Assembly: GCA_973851085.1 (NCBI GenBank)
Contig: OZ316775.1
Coordinates: forward strand, 7,006,001 to 7,070,000
Length of the DNA stretch: 64,000 nt
Direction of reading: 5' to 3'
DNA from: Ptychomitrium polyphyllum
Lineage: Eukaryota
Position numbers and translations under genes: made by a program. Below, in pieces: positions 1 to 13,783 of this stretch (positions are counted from its first letter, which is position 1; the number at the start of each line of letters is the position of its first letter). The notes beneath the pieces were generated by a model. It searched no databases. It saw only the letters and a list, made by a program, of their open reading frames with translations, and was not told where the DNA came from.

Positions 1-1042
1 GAGGACGCAGGCTAGGCCGGTTTAGGGGCTTGGTATTCACGACCCCAGTTCCAACTAGTATTGGAGTCACGGCACAGTGGACTGTAAGTGAAGGAATAAG
101 CTAAGCTGTTGAAGTGGAATCAGAGTACAAGATGCAGTGAACGTGGAGGGAAGGGGCCATGTGACCATGCCTTGGGCCACTTGAATGGCAAAGGTTCGTT
201 CGTCGTTTGCAGGTGGGCGCACTGTTCCGCTCGTGTTTGATGGTGAATCTCAGCACGCTTGCAACTAATTCGTCTGGTCTAGATGAATAACTGATGGTGA
301 CGGGTCTTCTGGAGTCGTGCTCTGTTCCCAGTTCCACATTCCCATCTGACATTCTCAAACTCTAACCCGGTCGGCCATAGCATTCGTTTCGACTGACCAA
401 AACTCTGGATGGATCATATCAGGTTGGCCTCAAACTTTATTTTAAAAGCAACTAATGAGGTTGTAAGTTAGCGGCTCGGCTGTGTCTGTTAAGCAGCCAG
501 TGCACGAAATGGAAGGAAATGCGAAATGCCATTGGTGGGGTGTTCGAAAATGGGGGGTGGGGGGCAATTCACAGTGCTCAGTGTGGGAAGTAGTGCACCG
601 CCATGTGGAGCACACAGTTTCCCTAAGTACACTTTGGATTACCTTACAGTTCATACCCTTCATAATTCACTCCCCGATACAACGACTTGAATGAACTGTT
701 TGATTAAACTCATTCACGATTCCAATATCAATGAGGGAGCATTTTACATCCTCAATGCAACTTGCAATTCAGTTTCGTGCAGTTATTTGTCACCCTCTAA
801 AAAGTGCGTCACTTCGTAAATGTCTGCCTTGGAAGCTAATATGGTTTTCTAGAAAATCTAAAACACGAAATCCGCATCTAAACGTAGCAAGCATTGTAAT
901 TGTTACAAGGCACACGCAACAGATTATGCTCTTGTAATTTGCACTATTAAGTTTGGACACAAGTGGGCTACAATACATCCATTCACAGTTCCCACTTTCC
1001 ATCCATGTTTCATCCAAATTTGCAAAGATTTTCTATTATAGG

Positions 1043-1129
1043 GCAACGGAGAGAAGGCGGTAGTGCAAGCAACGGAGAGAAGGCGGTAGTGCAAGCAACG
1101 GAGAGAAGGCGGTAGTGCAAGCAACGGAG
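1043..1129. repeat. 26-bp perfect tandem repeat (gcaacggagagaaggcggtagtgcaa) x3.3
   Basis: Identical copies at 1043-1068, 1069-1094 and 1095-1120, plus a 9-nt partial copy. Confidence 0.95.
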
Positions 1130-1599
1130 GGTCGTTCTAGGTTGCATTAGCCACACAGACTTTCTGCAGCATTGTCATGAATGAAACTCCCCCTGTGCAT
1201 ACCAGAGTTGCGTAATGGGGGCCGACCTACAGTCTGTGGCACTGTATTACTGCAGGGACATTTGCTAACTGTGACGAGTTTGTGCTGCACTACAGCGTGG
1301 CATTGGAGTCTGAAAGCCACTTTCTCTAACTTGATAATGAAGGTTAACTAGAAGTTAGCAGAAGCTGTTGCTGTAAAATACGGTAGCTCTGGTTCCTCTG
1401 CTCCAGACGCTACCATGTGTACAACTTGTGTATGGCTGACTTCTAATTGTACAGACTGTACACAACTGACTTTGGGTCAAAACCGCACTATTATATGAAT
1501 GTAAACTCAAAGACTCACATCAGTGTTTAACCAATCATTCGAATAAGGATACCGATGGCTTTGCCTTAGCCCTCAGACGTCATTGATTTTTCCTCCGTT

Positions 1600-3430
1600 T
1601 TGGAGACCATATTTGCCTCCAAATCTGCACAGTTTTCAAAGAAGTTGTCCGTCTCATGTTCCTCTTTTAGAATAAAAGATTACAAAGCTGTAAGAAACTC
1701 TTGATCCATTTATTAGTTTTTGAGATGGTTTCAAAGTAGGTCATTAAAATATGCTATTTCCCTTTTTGTTTTAAATTGTCTTGGTTTTCAATGACTATAT
1801 GGACTTTTAAAATTTTTGTAAATATAATGGTAGGGTATTTCATTTTATACACTTCAAGAGAAAGAAAAAACATAATTTAATAAAGTTCATGGAATTATGA
1901 ATGATGAAAGGTTTACTAAATTTTAATTTTTAAAAAAAAATTGTGCATGTTTTGCCAAAAATTGATTATTTATTATGAGCTAATAACTCCAATAGATGAC
2001 TGAGATAATTGGATGAAAATTAACTAATAATGAGTATTTGATGTATTGAAATGGATTGAAAGTTCCCATTAATCAATTTGGTCACTTGCTACATTTAATA
2101 ATAAATAATGAACTCAACATTCACATGCATGCATATAATTCAAGGTATGTTAAGAACCAATTTGCATAAAGCTTTCTAATAGTCTTTTGCACCATTGAAG
2201 AATATCAACATCTATGTAATATTCTTTATGAGTTGATTATGTGTTTTTGAAAAAAATCCTATTGATTATTATTCTACAAAAAGTACAAAGGATATTAAAT
2301 TCAAAGCACAAGACCTTGAGAATTAAATCTAATTCAATTGAATGAGATTTGGTGGCTTTTAAATAATTGGTCATTCAAAAATTCTAGGAACTTAAATATA
2401 TTTGTACATTTAAAATACTCTTGCTTCATTAACACATACATTAAGTAAAGAACTATTATTTTGATTGCATGTCTTTAAGTAATATTTTTCTTAATTAATG
2501 TATATTACTTCATTAAAAAAATTTTGAAACTTTATGATTAATTCAAAAAATGAAATGCCTTACAATTTTGATTTCTAATACTAAGCTTCCAACTATACTT
2601 TAAAATATAAGAGTTATAAATATACAAATGTACAAATGTATAAGAATTTTATTTTTAATACTAAGATTTTGTAATGGTTCGACAAAAATATATTTTGCCA
2701 TTATGTAGGCTGATATTCATTAAAATCTAAGTTCATGCAAATTTAAATTATTTTTTGATTGATGTCAAATTAATTCTTTAAAATTCAAAAATATTGTATC
2801 CTATTACTAATTCATGAAACTATTTCAAATTTAAAAAGAAATTGTAAAAGATCTGACATCAAATTATAGAAAATATAATTATTTAATTACATATTTAGCA
2901 CTTTGTGAATTTTGGATTTCAATAACTTGTTAATTCAATCAAAAATTTAATTCATATTACTTTAAAAAAATATGAAAAGTTCAGAGGTTTTTTTTGGCTC
3001 AATGCATTGTTAAAAATGAAGTTGAGCAAAGATTTTTTTAAACTATGTATAATGTTAAACAATTGATTGCAAGTTCTTTTACATTTGCCATTTATTACAA
3101 ACTATGACTTCCAAAAACTTGTATTAAGTTACATACAATTTAGATATATATATACTAATGATGGCAAGTACACGAGTTATTTGCAAAAATAATGATGTTG
3201 GGACCAACAATAGTTTAAGGTTCTTTTAATTTTAAAGTAATTTACTAATAATAGAACTGAGATTTTAAAATGAAAAAATAGGAATACATTTTTTGAGAGA
3301 TTTGTATAAAGTAAGTCATCCTATTATGATTAAAATTATAAGTTTAGAAACTTTGTACTTATTTGTGTATTTCATGAAAGAAAATTAAATTAAAACAAAA
3401 TAAAATATACATCATCTTGAATCTCACTTA
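1600..3430. other. AT-rich intergenic block, probably decayed repeat/TE-derived sequence
   Basis: Strongly AT-rich, with no ORF of 60 aa or more in the track and no recognisable TE domain or termini. Confidence 0.4.
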
Positions 3431-3903
3431 AGTTGTTTCAAATTTCCTTTTATAGCAAGTTCATGTTAATTAGGCAAGACCAAAAACGCTACGTACGTGT
3501 TATCATGTGTGCACTCTTTCTATGGTTACTGACTAATTTCACATCAAACATTAAGAGTCAACTGTATGTCGCTTGGACTAAGTACAGCGACACCCACACT
3601 CTCCAAGTTAAAAATTGCTTGGTGGGCTCCGTGAGGAGCAATCCAAAAAATGGGATATGCCGGTGGGTGTACCCAACGCACGGTATTCTTTAGTAAAAGG
3701 CGAAAGAATAGTTCGCTTTGTGCTGAGCACCCGGCTATGTACTGGAACTGTTGCCAAACATCGTTCTTGTACACATTGTCTGTCTGACTGAGTGCAATGG
3801 GTATGGGATAATAGCCGTTTTGGTTCTGTTCAGGCGGTGACAGGGGTATGCGTCCTGCTTGTTGCTAAGAGGTAATTATTCAACCTGTTGCCTATTTTGG
3901 TAC

Positions 3904-4007
3904 GGAAGAGATGTGAGGACAGGAATTACAACTGTTAGCCTTCTGACACTGTTGTGTCGGGATTGTCGCAAGTGCTTGCAGTTGTAGAATTTTTGTTCTC
4001 CCTTTCC
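3904..4007 (+). ncRNA. Candidate pre-miRNA-like stem-loop
   Basis: gaggacaggaattacaactgttagc (3915-3939) pairs with gcttgcagttgtagaatttttgttctc (3974-4000) using several G:U pairs. Inner stem ttctgacac/gtgtcggga. Outer stem ggaag/tttcc. Confidence 0.35.
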
Positions 4008-5422
4008 TGACACACTTTAGAATGTTTTCGTTGGAACCTTTTGACAAGGAATAGTATGGTACTATAATCTACTTATATCGTGCACAGATGCTTAACTAGG
4101 ACCTTTGCATTGTATGGGAAGTGGAGACTAGGGTGGAGGATGTCAAACATAAGCATAACTTTCCCGGAGTTAAGCTTTTGTGACGATATTCATAAGCCTC
4201 TGGTGCCTGGAAGTTGAACTCGTTGGAAAAGACTGACGTTAAGAATACGGAGTGGCCCGAAACCAAATGTAGATCTTATCCTGTAGAAGCTCTAAATCAA
4301 GTTGACGTAGACAATCTTCTCAGGTATATTATTATTGAACCGGGAAGAGTTCAACATTCTGAGTCACCAGCTTCGAATGGGAGGTAAAGAAGGTAAGTTG
4401 TGGGATGCAAGTTTTCAAGGTGGGACACTATGCCATTGGAGTAAGTTCCTCACACCAGGAAGCCGGCACTGTAAGTTTGAAGCGAACCAACGGCTGGAAA
4501 ACTTACACGAAAACAGCAGGTATCACAAAGGGCAACGAGAAATGACTTTTTTTTTTTATCGAAGCCTGCCACAAAGCGCTGCTTAGCAGTGACATTTCAA
4601 GTCCTGAGGTTTGGAGCCACTGAAGTACAGTAAGCGTGTAAAACACATGGAAAGATGAAATTTCGTGAAGACAAGCTAGCAATAAGTCAATTCTCATAAC
4701 TTGAAAATATAGGACCAAGATTTTCTTTTATCTTGATAACCTGGAGGTAATCAATTACGGGTATCTTGTAATGAATGGGTGCAACGACACTTGAAAGTAA
4801 ACAGCTTGTATCTGGAAGAAACAAGATCGAAACAGTGTCTGCAGCTGTTCACTTTGCTGAAAAGTGATCGTGGAACGTATTTTGATCTATATTACAGTAT
4901 TATACACTCCGATCTTGGAAGCAATCAAATCAATCAGCCCATTTTAGGGTCCAGGAACCTCTGCAATCTTTCAGGCCAAAAATTATATCGTTGACCTGCA
5001 AAGCCAGAACTTGGTTAGTATGAATCAAGTTACTGAAGATTCTCAAAAGAATAAACGGCGACATGAGGCAACATGATAACATCCTGCACAACATGATAAA
5101 TATCAAGATACTCGAAGTATAATGGTAATCTAAATAACCTAAAGAAGAACTCAGGTCCCTATTGAGGGGCCAGGGTGAATTACATTTCCTATACTAAAGG
5201 CTCATATAGTCATATACTTCAAAAACTGATGCTACGAAGATTGCATTTTCTGGTGGGTAGCCGCTTCCACAGACAAAACATCTGCTACAAGTTTTGTCAA
5301 TGAGCGATTGTGAATTCAGAATCGCAAACCTTGTGTTCAGAAATGCTGGGTCATTGAGTAGTTCACACGGTGCAGATATAGACTTTGGTTGAGGTCCACC
5401 ATCGGTACTCCTCCTCGACATG

Positions 5423-8400
5423 TTACGAACATGATCCCTGGACTTCCTTCCTGATAACATTGGTGGGCACTCCATAGTAAACAGGAGAGGCACCAATTAA
5501 GTAGGGCAATCTACAGAGATTCCTGCCCTCCCCAATAAAAGAACCCATCTTCGACCTCATAACTCCATCTAAAGATTTTGTTGGGCCAGATAGCTTATCG
5601 TGCTTGATAACATTTTTCACAGGACCGCATTTTCTCTTAGAACCATGCTGACCTACTCCCTCAATGCACGAATCGGTTGTAATTTCGACTTTCTGTTCAA
5701 TTGTCACGGCATCAACACCGTTGGGCGTTCCAAGCCATTTGTGCAGAAGAAATCGGCTAAAGCGATCAATGTCACCATCGGTAACATCCCACAAATTGGC
5801 AATGGCAGCAGGACATCCAGCCATGAGAAACGAAAGTGGCACACCAACAGGCTCATAATCCCCTCTAGGAGAAAAGCGACCACTGCTGCAACCCATAAGG
5901 AGAGCAGCTGCGCAACGATCCAGTCTTCGGACAAATCTTTCTGGTAGATATTGATCCCCTACACAAAAGGACCACCAAATCAGAAACTGGTTGACCCAAC
6001 ATAGAAGCGATCATGTGTCTGCACATGTCCGTGAACATAAAAAGCCTAGATGCATCCAAGCAGTTTTCATAGAAATCATAAGTAAGAAAGGTTTAAATGT
6101 TTGTATTGAAGCGAAGCACGTTGCAATGGAGTAGGCTTAGATTTATGAGTGGCATTACCACTGCCATGTCCAAGATAGGTGTAGAGATCATGCTTCTGCA
6201 GGCCTGACACATACTCTTCAATACTTGGTACTTGGCCAACTTTACCCTCCCATCCCAGGTTCTCTTTGAACCAGTCCTCAAACGCCTGTTGTGTTTTCAC
6301 AAGATCTCCACCTGGGTTTAACACATAGTATGTATTATAAGGATTAACACAAGGTTCTGCAACAGAACCTGCAGATAATGGCTTTTCCAGAGCGCTCTTG
6401 TGTATCTCCAAACCTGCTTGTCCACTACTCTTGTTGGTCAGCAAGTTGCTCGGAAAAGTTACAGAAGCTAGTTGCTGATGAATGAGCAGAGCCCGAATGC
6501 CACCTACTGATGGCATACGACAAGTCTCGAAGCCCCGCAGCACCGGCAAACTTTCCCACGGTAGACCCTGCAGTTCCGAGTCCAAGACAAGAGTTATTGA
6601 TTTTCTTGCAGTTCCAACCAGATCTCGTACATCCAAACCAGACTGACTTCGGCCATCCTCAGAGCCTGCGTTTGTTCTCGCTGATGTCTCTTTTCTAGGC
6701 TTTCTTGTCCGCCTACTACCAGAAACATCAGCACACACGTTCCCTCCATGTTGAAGATTCTTGTACTCCCGCGACTGCAGGACATTCAGATAAGCTTTTT
6801 GGAATCGATCCACCGCCTCAGCGCTGATTTCTTCACCAAAGGTATCAATTCTTTTATTTTTGTGAAGATGCTTTGCCAGGGGCTTTGAATCTTGCACCTG
6901 ATCAAGAAAAGCTTCGATCCAGTTCTGCAGTATTAATATACCCTGCTTAACTTGATCATCATTAAGGCTTCCCAGGCCTTGCAGCAACATTCGCACTAGA
7001 GCATCATATGTATTCCAGTGAGCATCACCCTGGTGGCGGACTCCATATGAAGATCTAAGCCAACAGCCAAGCTCCTCGGAGCAGATTTGCAAACTTTCCT
7101 GAATTGACGACGAAGCAGGTTCAGCAACAAATAAGCATTTCCAAGGGCCAAGCCATGTATTCTCCATTGAATTGAGAAGTTGCAGAAGGCGGTTATCTAG
7201 TGCCAACCTCCATCGCCACCATTGTCTTCTCTCTTCGACTGTGTCTACATCTCCTGAGGTTGATAACCTGCTTTCTTCCAAAATTGACGTGAATGCACTA
7301 GCTATGTCTTGCAACGATGTATGAAATCTATTCTTTTGACTATTTAAAAGCACCCTGGTATCTGTTGAAGCAGAAGGAAGCTTCAAATATTCTGGTTCAT
7401 CAAGGTTGTAAGGACAAGTTAAACTACTTCCTGATCTATCTGAAAGAAGCACTTCACCGTCAACAAGGGGATTTGCTGGTAGTAGGACAGTCAATGGTCC
7501 ATCAGTGTCCGAGTATCGGGTGCTAAGAACCCACACTAAAATCTCGGCTGACTTGAGACCACCCAGAAGCACTTTCTGTTTCAAAAGAGCACCCTGTTCC
7601 CTTTCCACAAGACTGACACAGCATATGGTATTGCTAGGGAGCCCCTTCACTAATTCCCTCATGGACAAACCTTCTGTCCGAAGTTCCAACGGGGCCACAG
7701 CAAGCGCCTTTTGCATTTCTAGAAAGCACTTTTTAAAAGCAAAATTTTCAGATTCCTCTGTCTCGAAGAGAAGGTTCAGCAATTTTGAATCCAATACAGC
7801 CAGATGCTGCTGTCTACTTCCGGCACCAATTGAGATCTGATGAAAGAATGCAGCTCGTTCCCTCATATAAGAAAAGTCCAGGTTGTGAAGCAGGCCAGGA
7901 CCCCCACATGTAATCGGCACATGAAGGATTGACAGCAGTCTTGAAATCTTGCGAAGGAGAGGAGGTACTTGAGTAGAGAGACTATAAGCATGAACGAGCC
8001 AGTTCATCGGTAAGACATGTTCCGTGTGAATGCCCTCGACTGCATTCGGTTGAATCTTTTTAAGTTGGAGAAGACTCTTGTGGTAGAACAGTGCAGCCTC
8101 CTCAATGGGAAAGAAGCTCTTACTTTGGTCCATGAAGGAATAGGATGAATAATCTGCACAGGGTGTTAGAAGGTCAACTTGAATGCCAAGCAAAACCGAA
8201 GCATGCTCAAACATCTCGACCACCTTGTCAAGATCTCCCACTTCTAAATGGCACTTCCCAACCTGCACATTAACTCGTGCCAATTGTTGGTGGCAATATT
8301 TAATCCACTTGTATGCTGTCCAATTATCCATCGAAGTAAGGAGAGCTTGTTTAACAACACATGACATTAGCTCCTTCCTGCCAGAAATAAGTTTCGCACT

Positions 8401-11400
8401 CGACTCGTGCTTATTCAACTCAGCGGGAAGTATATCATCTTGCTTGGAGCCCACAATTGGAACATCGGAGAGGATGATTTCTTGACTCTCGACTTTGGAC
8501 TTTTTAACAACCGCTCTCTTTCTGGTGACTTTTCCTCCATTTACTGGCTTCACCCCTGAAGCAACTTCTGCCGATGCATCAGATTGCATACTGTCGTTCT
8601 CCTGACTATTAGGTTTCGCACTCCTGGTTAAACGCTTCTCCATCAATTTCTTTTGCTGAAGGGGGTTGGCGTCATCATTAGGCTTTCGTCTACTATTCCT
8701 CCTTACTGGTACATTTGAATCACATAATTTGCTCTCAGTCTGTGTCAAGTTCAAATTTGAAAAAGTAGTTATCAAATCCGCCTCAATCAATTCTTGCTTG
8801 GAGTCATTACTGATCAGGTTGTGATTCTCAGGTTCTATTGCGGATTTACTGCATACTGTACTAGACTTCGTTGATGCGTGCATCTTATCGTTGTCCCCCT
8901 CAACTAGTCCAGGATATTTACAGTTACTACACGCACAGGCTTCGTCGACTGTGCTTAAAACAGCAGTCAACGACTGCCGAGCAGCCATGTAGGAAGACAT
9001 TGCATCATGATGGCGTATCCCTTTGACGAGTAAAGGACCTTCCTCTTGTTTGCAGCGTCGTGCTAAGTCACCAAGCCGGAGAAGTACAACAGCCCGTCCA
9101 GTAAGGCAACAGCAGCTGCATACCCAAGCACTCTCCAAGTTTTCATATGCCCCTTTAGCAAGAGTTAGCTCTCTTTCAGCAGTTTCCCAATGATGTCGCT
9201 TACGTTGTACCTCGCCTGCAAGTAGCATTATTAGAAGTAAATCAACCTTGGATTTGTCAGCAAATTAGTGTTCCAGAAAAAGCTGACAACCAATTATGAA
9301 GTATTAACGTAAAAAAACCAACATCAGACACAGTTGAACGTAAGTTACAAGGGCCTGAATGAGGAAGCAAATAAGAAATCAACGAGGAGATATTCTTTTT
9401 AAGGTATCAAGTATTTTAACATAGTGCGCGCATGTCAAATGAAAGAGAAATATGTCAGAAAAAGTCATTGTCAATGCAGAAAGATATAAAGCAAAATTAA
9501 CAAGTATCTTACCCAAGCAAGATTTAAAAGCAGCTCGCGCCAACGGCAGGTTCTGAGTCGAAGAGACGGAGTAACCCTCGGAGAAACTTGCAAGTGCATC
9601 ATCCACAGCCCCCATTTTCTCACTGATTACACCAACCTGCATCAGACTTTCAACATAATCACCCAAGACTCGCCAAGGATTTGGCTCTAAGTCCAAAGAT
9701 TTCGTATGAGTTGACAGCTTAGGCCATGCACGAGTAGCAACCGAGTCCAGAATGTATAGCCTGCCTGCATTGTTCTTCCTCTGACCTTCAATTTCAACAT
9801 TGTCATTCTCAGAAACATTGGCAGCGCCTCCCTTGTACTTTGTCGAAAACACACGGCTCACAAGACGAAGTCTAAGATTCAATGCTTCCTTAGCATATTT
9901 GCATGCAACCCTCAGGTTTCCTTCATCCAGTGCATGCTCGGCCAATATGTGGAAAAGAGCTGCCACCTTGCACACCCCTCCTGATGATTTTGGGCTGGTC
10001 CGAAGTAAAGATACAACAATTTGCTCTATAGCTTCAAACGCCTGACAGCAACCTCCTGCTGTACTCACATTCGTATTCTGATGCATGAACCGCAATTGAG
10101 CATCTAGTAAAGTACCTGGACATAGAAGCGCACAATCCTCCCAGAATTGCAGGGAGTTACCATCAACTCCTACTTTTTGTGTTAACAAAGAGAAAAACCC
10201 TGAAGGATATGGCACTGGACATAATATATGACTAAAACGTGCGTTTGCCCACAAGGATGAAAATATCTTAGGAACAGAATCCATACGTTTTGGAAAAAGA
10301 GAAACTATCAGCTGCTGGACCCTATTCTGGACAAGAGAATAGCCTTTCAATGCCATTAGATCATTCACACTGAGAAGCAAACGCAGCAAGGATACTCCAC
10401 AGCATGCAGTCTGACCAAAAATCCGAGCATTTCCATTTGCATCCAGATCAATCCAGGTCCGTCCCGCTCTTGCTGAAACTTCCCAGACAGATAGAGCCAA
10501 AAGGATACTCTCAAGGTAATCCTGTTCAGCTGGGTCTAATTCGTATGCACAGAAAGCTTGCGCACAGTATGCCATTGCGAGTTGATTTTCAACATTAGCA
10601 ATTTGAGTTGCATCTACAATTTTCTCCAGCACCTCCTTGAGGGTTTTGCCTAAGACAGTGATAACTTGTGAAAAGGATGCGAAATCGTAGTCCCCCTTCA
10701 ACCGAGCCAGCCTCCCTTTCTCCAAAAGTATCCTACATCGTTCAACAGGAAATTTGTCCACCATGTACACGTTATCGAGAAGACTTTGCATAATCTGCTC
10801 CTTTACCGATTGAATTCTATCTAGTCCCTGTTCTTCCAATTCATTGAGAACTAAGAGCTCCTCTTCCAGTAGGAGACCTATCGTACGATGATGCAAGGCT
10901 TGACATCTAGTTTCAAAAAAGCTGTACAGGCATAAATACTCCTGAGCACCCGACTTACAGACTGCAGAACCCTCAGAATGTAGAGTTCTGACCCATCCGT
11001 GCACAAGAGAGCTGGGAGTATTTGTGGGATGAGGTTGCAATGTCGAGTGAACGGTTGCCCAGCGAAACAATCCATCACTCAATGTTTCGAAACCTTCCTG
11101 ATTCTTCCCGCTGCGCTTGAGAGAATCTGCAAGAGTCATACACTTGCTACAGCAGTCCAACATGGAGTCATTGACTCGATTATCAACTGGCTGGGACAAG
11201 GTCTGCTGCATGGTCACTTCAACCCTAGCCCATGCAGCATCATAAGCGACTCTAAAAGGGTAGCAGGCAGACTCATAGTCCTTGTTGTTATATATCTGAA
11301 TCCCCATGTTCGACGCTGAAGCAATTAGATATCGCAGTTCATCTATCTGCAGGCTGCCCCTTTTCAGTAGATAATCGATACATGCTACACAGTCTTGAAC

Positions 11401-13709
11401 TCCTTGCAGTGACATTAAGGACAATCGAAGAAGGGACAGGATGGGAGCTAAAGCCACATCCCAACCCTGTTTCAATATGAAGTCTTCTGCACGAGTCAAC
11501 CCCATGTAATCCGAGGATCTTCTAAGCAACAGATACCAAAGGTGGAGGATTCTTCGCAATATGGAATTGAAACTGGCTGGGTCAGATTCTACGATAGCGG
11601 CTACCTTCCTTTCAGTGACAAAAGAGCCCCATACACCCTGTATATACTTCGATGAATTTTTCTTCACCATCTCAAAAGCTTTGAGTACGCCGAAGGTGTA
11701 TTTTCTTGTGTCCTCTTTGCTCTCCTGCTGAACGCAACTCTCCATAAGTGCTGCTCCGTCACGAAGAAAGTCGTTACATTCCGTATCAAGATCCACTACG
11801 TCGCTACAAAATTTCAATCCAATGGCATAGAGCCCCAGAATAGCGGCTACCGAAGGAGAAATCTGTCTAACATGATAGACAAGGTCGCATAAGTATGCAC
11901 ATCCTTCGACAGAACGTTTGCTCGTTTGACAAAGCCGCACATAGCCATCCACCAGCTCCAACGCATCACTGTCGGCCCATAAACTTTGGAGCTCAGTAAT
12001 TTTATAGCTGGCCTTCATGGCAGCCTCACTCACATCCAGGCCAACGCGAATGTTGCTCCCACCGTGGTAGCTCAAGCAATGCGAAAGCTTGCAAGCAACC
12101 TGTACGTCAAGAAGTTTGTCAAAAACGTTCCAAGAATTCTCTGTAAACACAGAAGCATATAACATCGTACCAAAGATAATCTGAATTAGTAAAGGCGTCA
12201 GAAAGTTCGGCTTTGGAAACATGATACGATATGGGAAGATAAAGACAGGGTGTAAGTCCATGACATGTATATGAATATGAAGACTTATCATTACCTTAAA
12301 ATACTGCTTGCATAAAGGGGAGGCTGCACAATTTCGAAGAGTAAGCATCGAAAATTCACGCACGAGCTGACCACCGTAATGAGCGGGGTTTGCCACCAAT
12401 ACTGACACACACTTGTAAAGGCCTTTATACAACGTATCCTTCTGCTTCCCAACAGCGCCGGAATCCAGAGCCATCAGCCAAGGTTCTAGCTGTGGAGGAA
12501 GTGAAAGGATCTCGTGATAACTTTCAGACGAGGTAGGAGCACTTTCACCTGTACACCATATTAGATCAGTCACAATTCCACAAACTAAGGTAGGAAGCCC
12601 CAATGTCAGCTCTACATCCTGAGGACAAGGTAGAACAGAACTATGCACAATCCTCTTTTTCTCCGCCACCATTGTTACAGCGCATTTCTGACCCTTCACT
12701 GCTCCAGCTAGTCCCTGTATTCATATTCAACATAAAGGCTTCAATACTAAAAGCGAGATTCAGCAGCCACAACATTCTCTCCGTACCAGATATTCGACAC
12801 GATTGGTTAGATAATACTAGACAAACCCTTGGCCACAGATGATTTCGGGTAAATATCAATTTGTCAAAGAGTACAACCTACTAACTGGTCACGGACACAA
12901 CTCTCAGAACTAAATCATTGAAAAAATTTATGTGCCTGAAAACAAAGATGAGCAAGTGAACATGTAAAAGGGAATGTCCAATCGCTGAATAGATCTCCAA
13001 ATTTCCTGTTTCCAAGAAACTCTAAAATTGGCATGAAACTTGCTCCACGTCAATTGGAATTCACCTGTTTGCAAGAATCTTTTCCGATGGAAGCAGCCAA
13101 TTTGAGGCACAAGCTACTAAAATTCTTCCTGCATTGCACCAAAGCTGCTGAATGGCGTCGCCAGGCCAGCAGGCGCCGCACAAATGAACACCTCTGAATC
13201 TCAATTTCGAAAGGAGAGCCTGTGATAAACGACCGCAACAAATCCAGGCTATCAAGAGCAATCTCGACGGCCGTGAACAACTCATCACCTCGACTCTCCA
13301 CCTTCTCCTGCTCCCCGGCCGGCAGGTTGGCCACATTCGCGAAACACAGCTTCAACAACCGCACCAGAAACGGCACAAACTGCTTCGCAAGCTTGTGCAA
13401 CTCCGTCCGCGACATGTCCTCCTTCACTCCCCCGTCCGCGACATTCAGCGGCGCCACGAAAATCTTCAGCTGCATGCTCAACCCCGTCACATCCTCCCCC
13501 TTCAAAACCTCCAAAAGCGCCTCGCCATTTCCACTGCTCTGAACCACTCCACCCGCCGCCTTCTTCACCTGTCCAACCTTCCCCTCCTTCACCTGCGCAA
13601 CTCTCCCCTCCCTCACCTGCGAAACCTTCCCTCCCTTCACATGCGCAACCTTCTCCTCCTTCACCTTCCCTACCTTCACCGGCGCACCCCTGGCCTCCTT
13701 CAACGCCAT
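5423..13709 (-). CDS. ESP1: Separase (peptidase C50, ESP1/AESP orthologue), 5 exons, ~2,414 aa
   Basis: GT-AG spliced model with consistent phases: 13709-13065, 12714-12295, 12099-9513, 9215-6159, 5958-5423 (7,245 nt). C50 motifs: WWRWRLALDNRL, MENTWLGPWKCL, LPWESLPVL..CRMPS, YYVLNPGGDL, catalytic His in YLGHGSG, catalytic Cys in LMGCSSG, ANLWDVTDGDIDRF, LPYLIGASPVYYGVP. Confidence 0.96.
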
Positions 13710-13774
13710 CCCGGCCGCTCACCACAACCACTCCACCTTCTTCAACCATCAACCTCGCTCTACATCCTGACCCT

Positions 13775-13783
13775 AAACCCTAA
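13775..13783. promoter_or_regulatory. Telo-box (AAACCCTAA) in the separase 5' leader
   Basis: ccctaaaccctaa lies ~65 nt upstream of the separase ATG. Telo-boxes are common near the starts of plant proliferation and translation genes. Confidence 0.45.

Noticed and set aside
1043..1129. Direct repeats here and at 14277 and 31161 considered as CRISPR-like arrays
   Set aside because: The copies are contiguous with no unique spacers, and the context is eukaryotic. They are simple tandem repeats.
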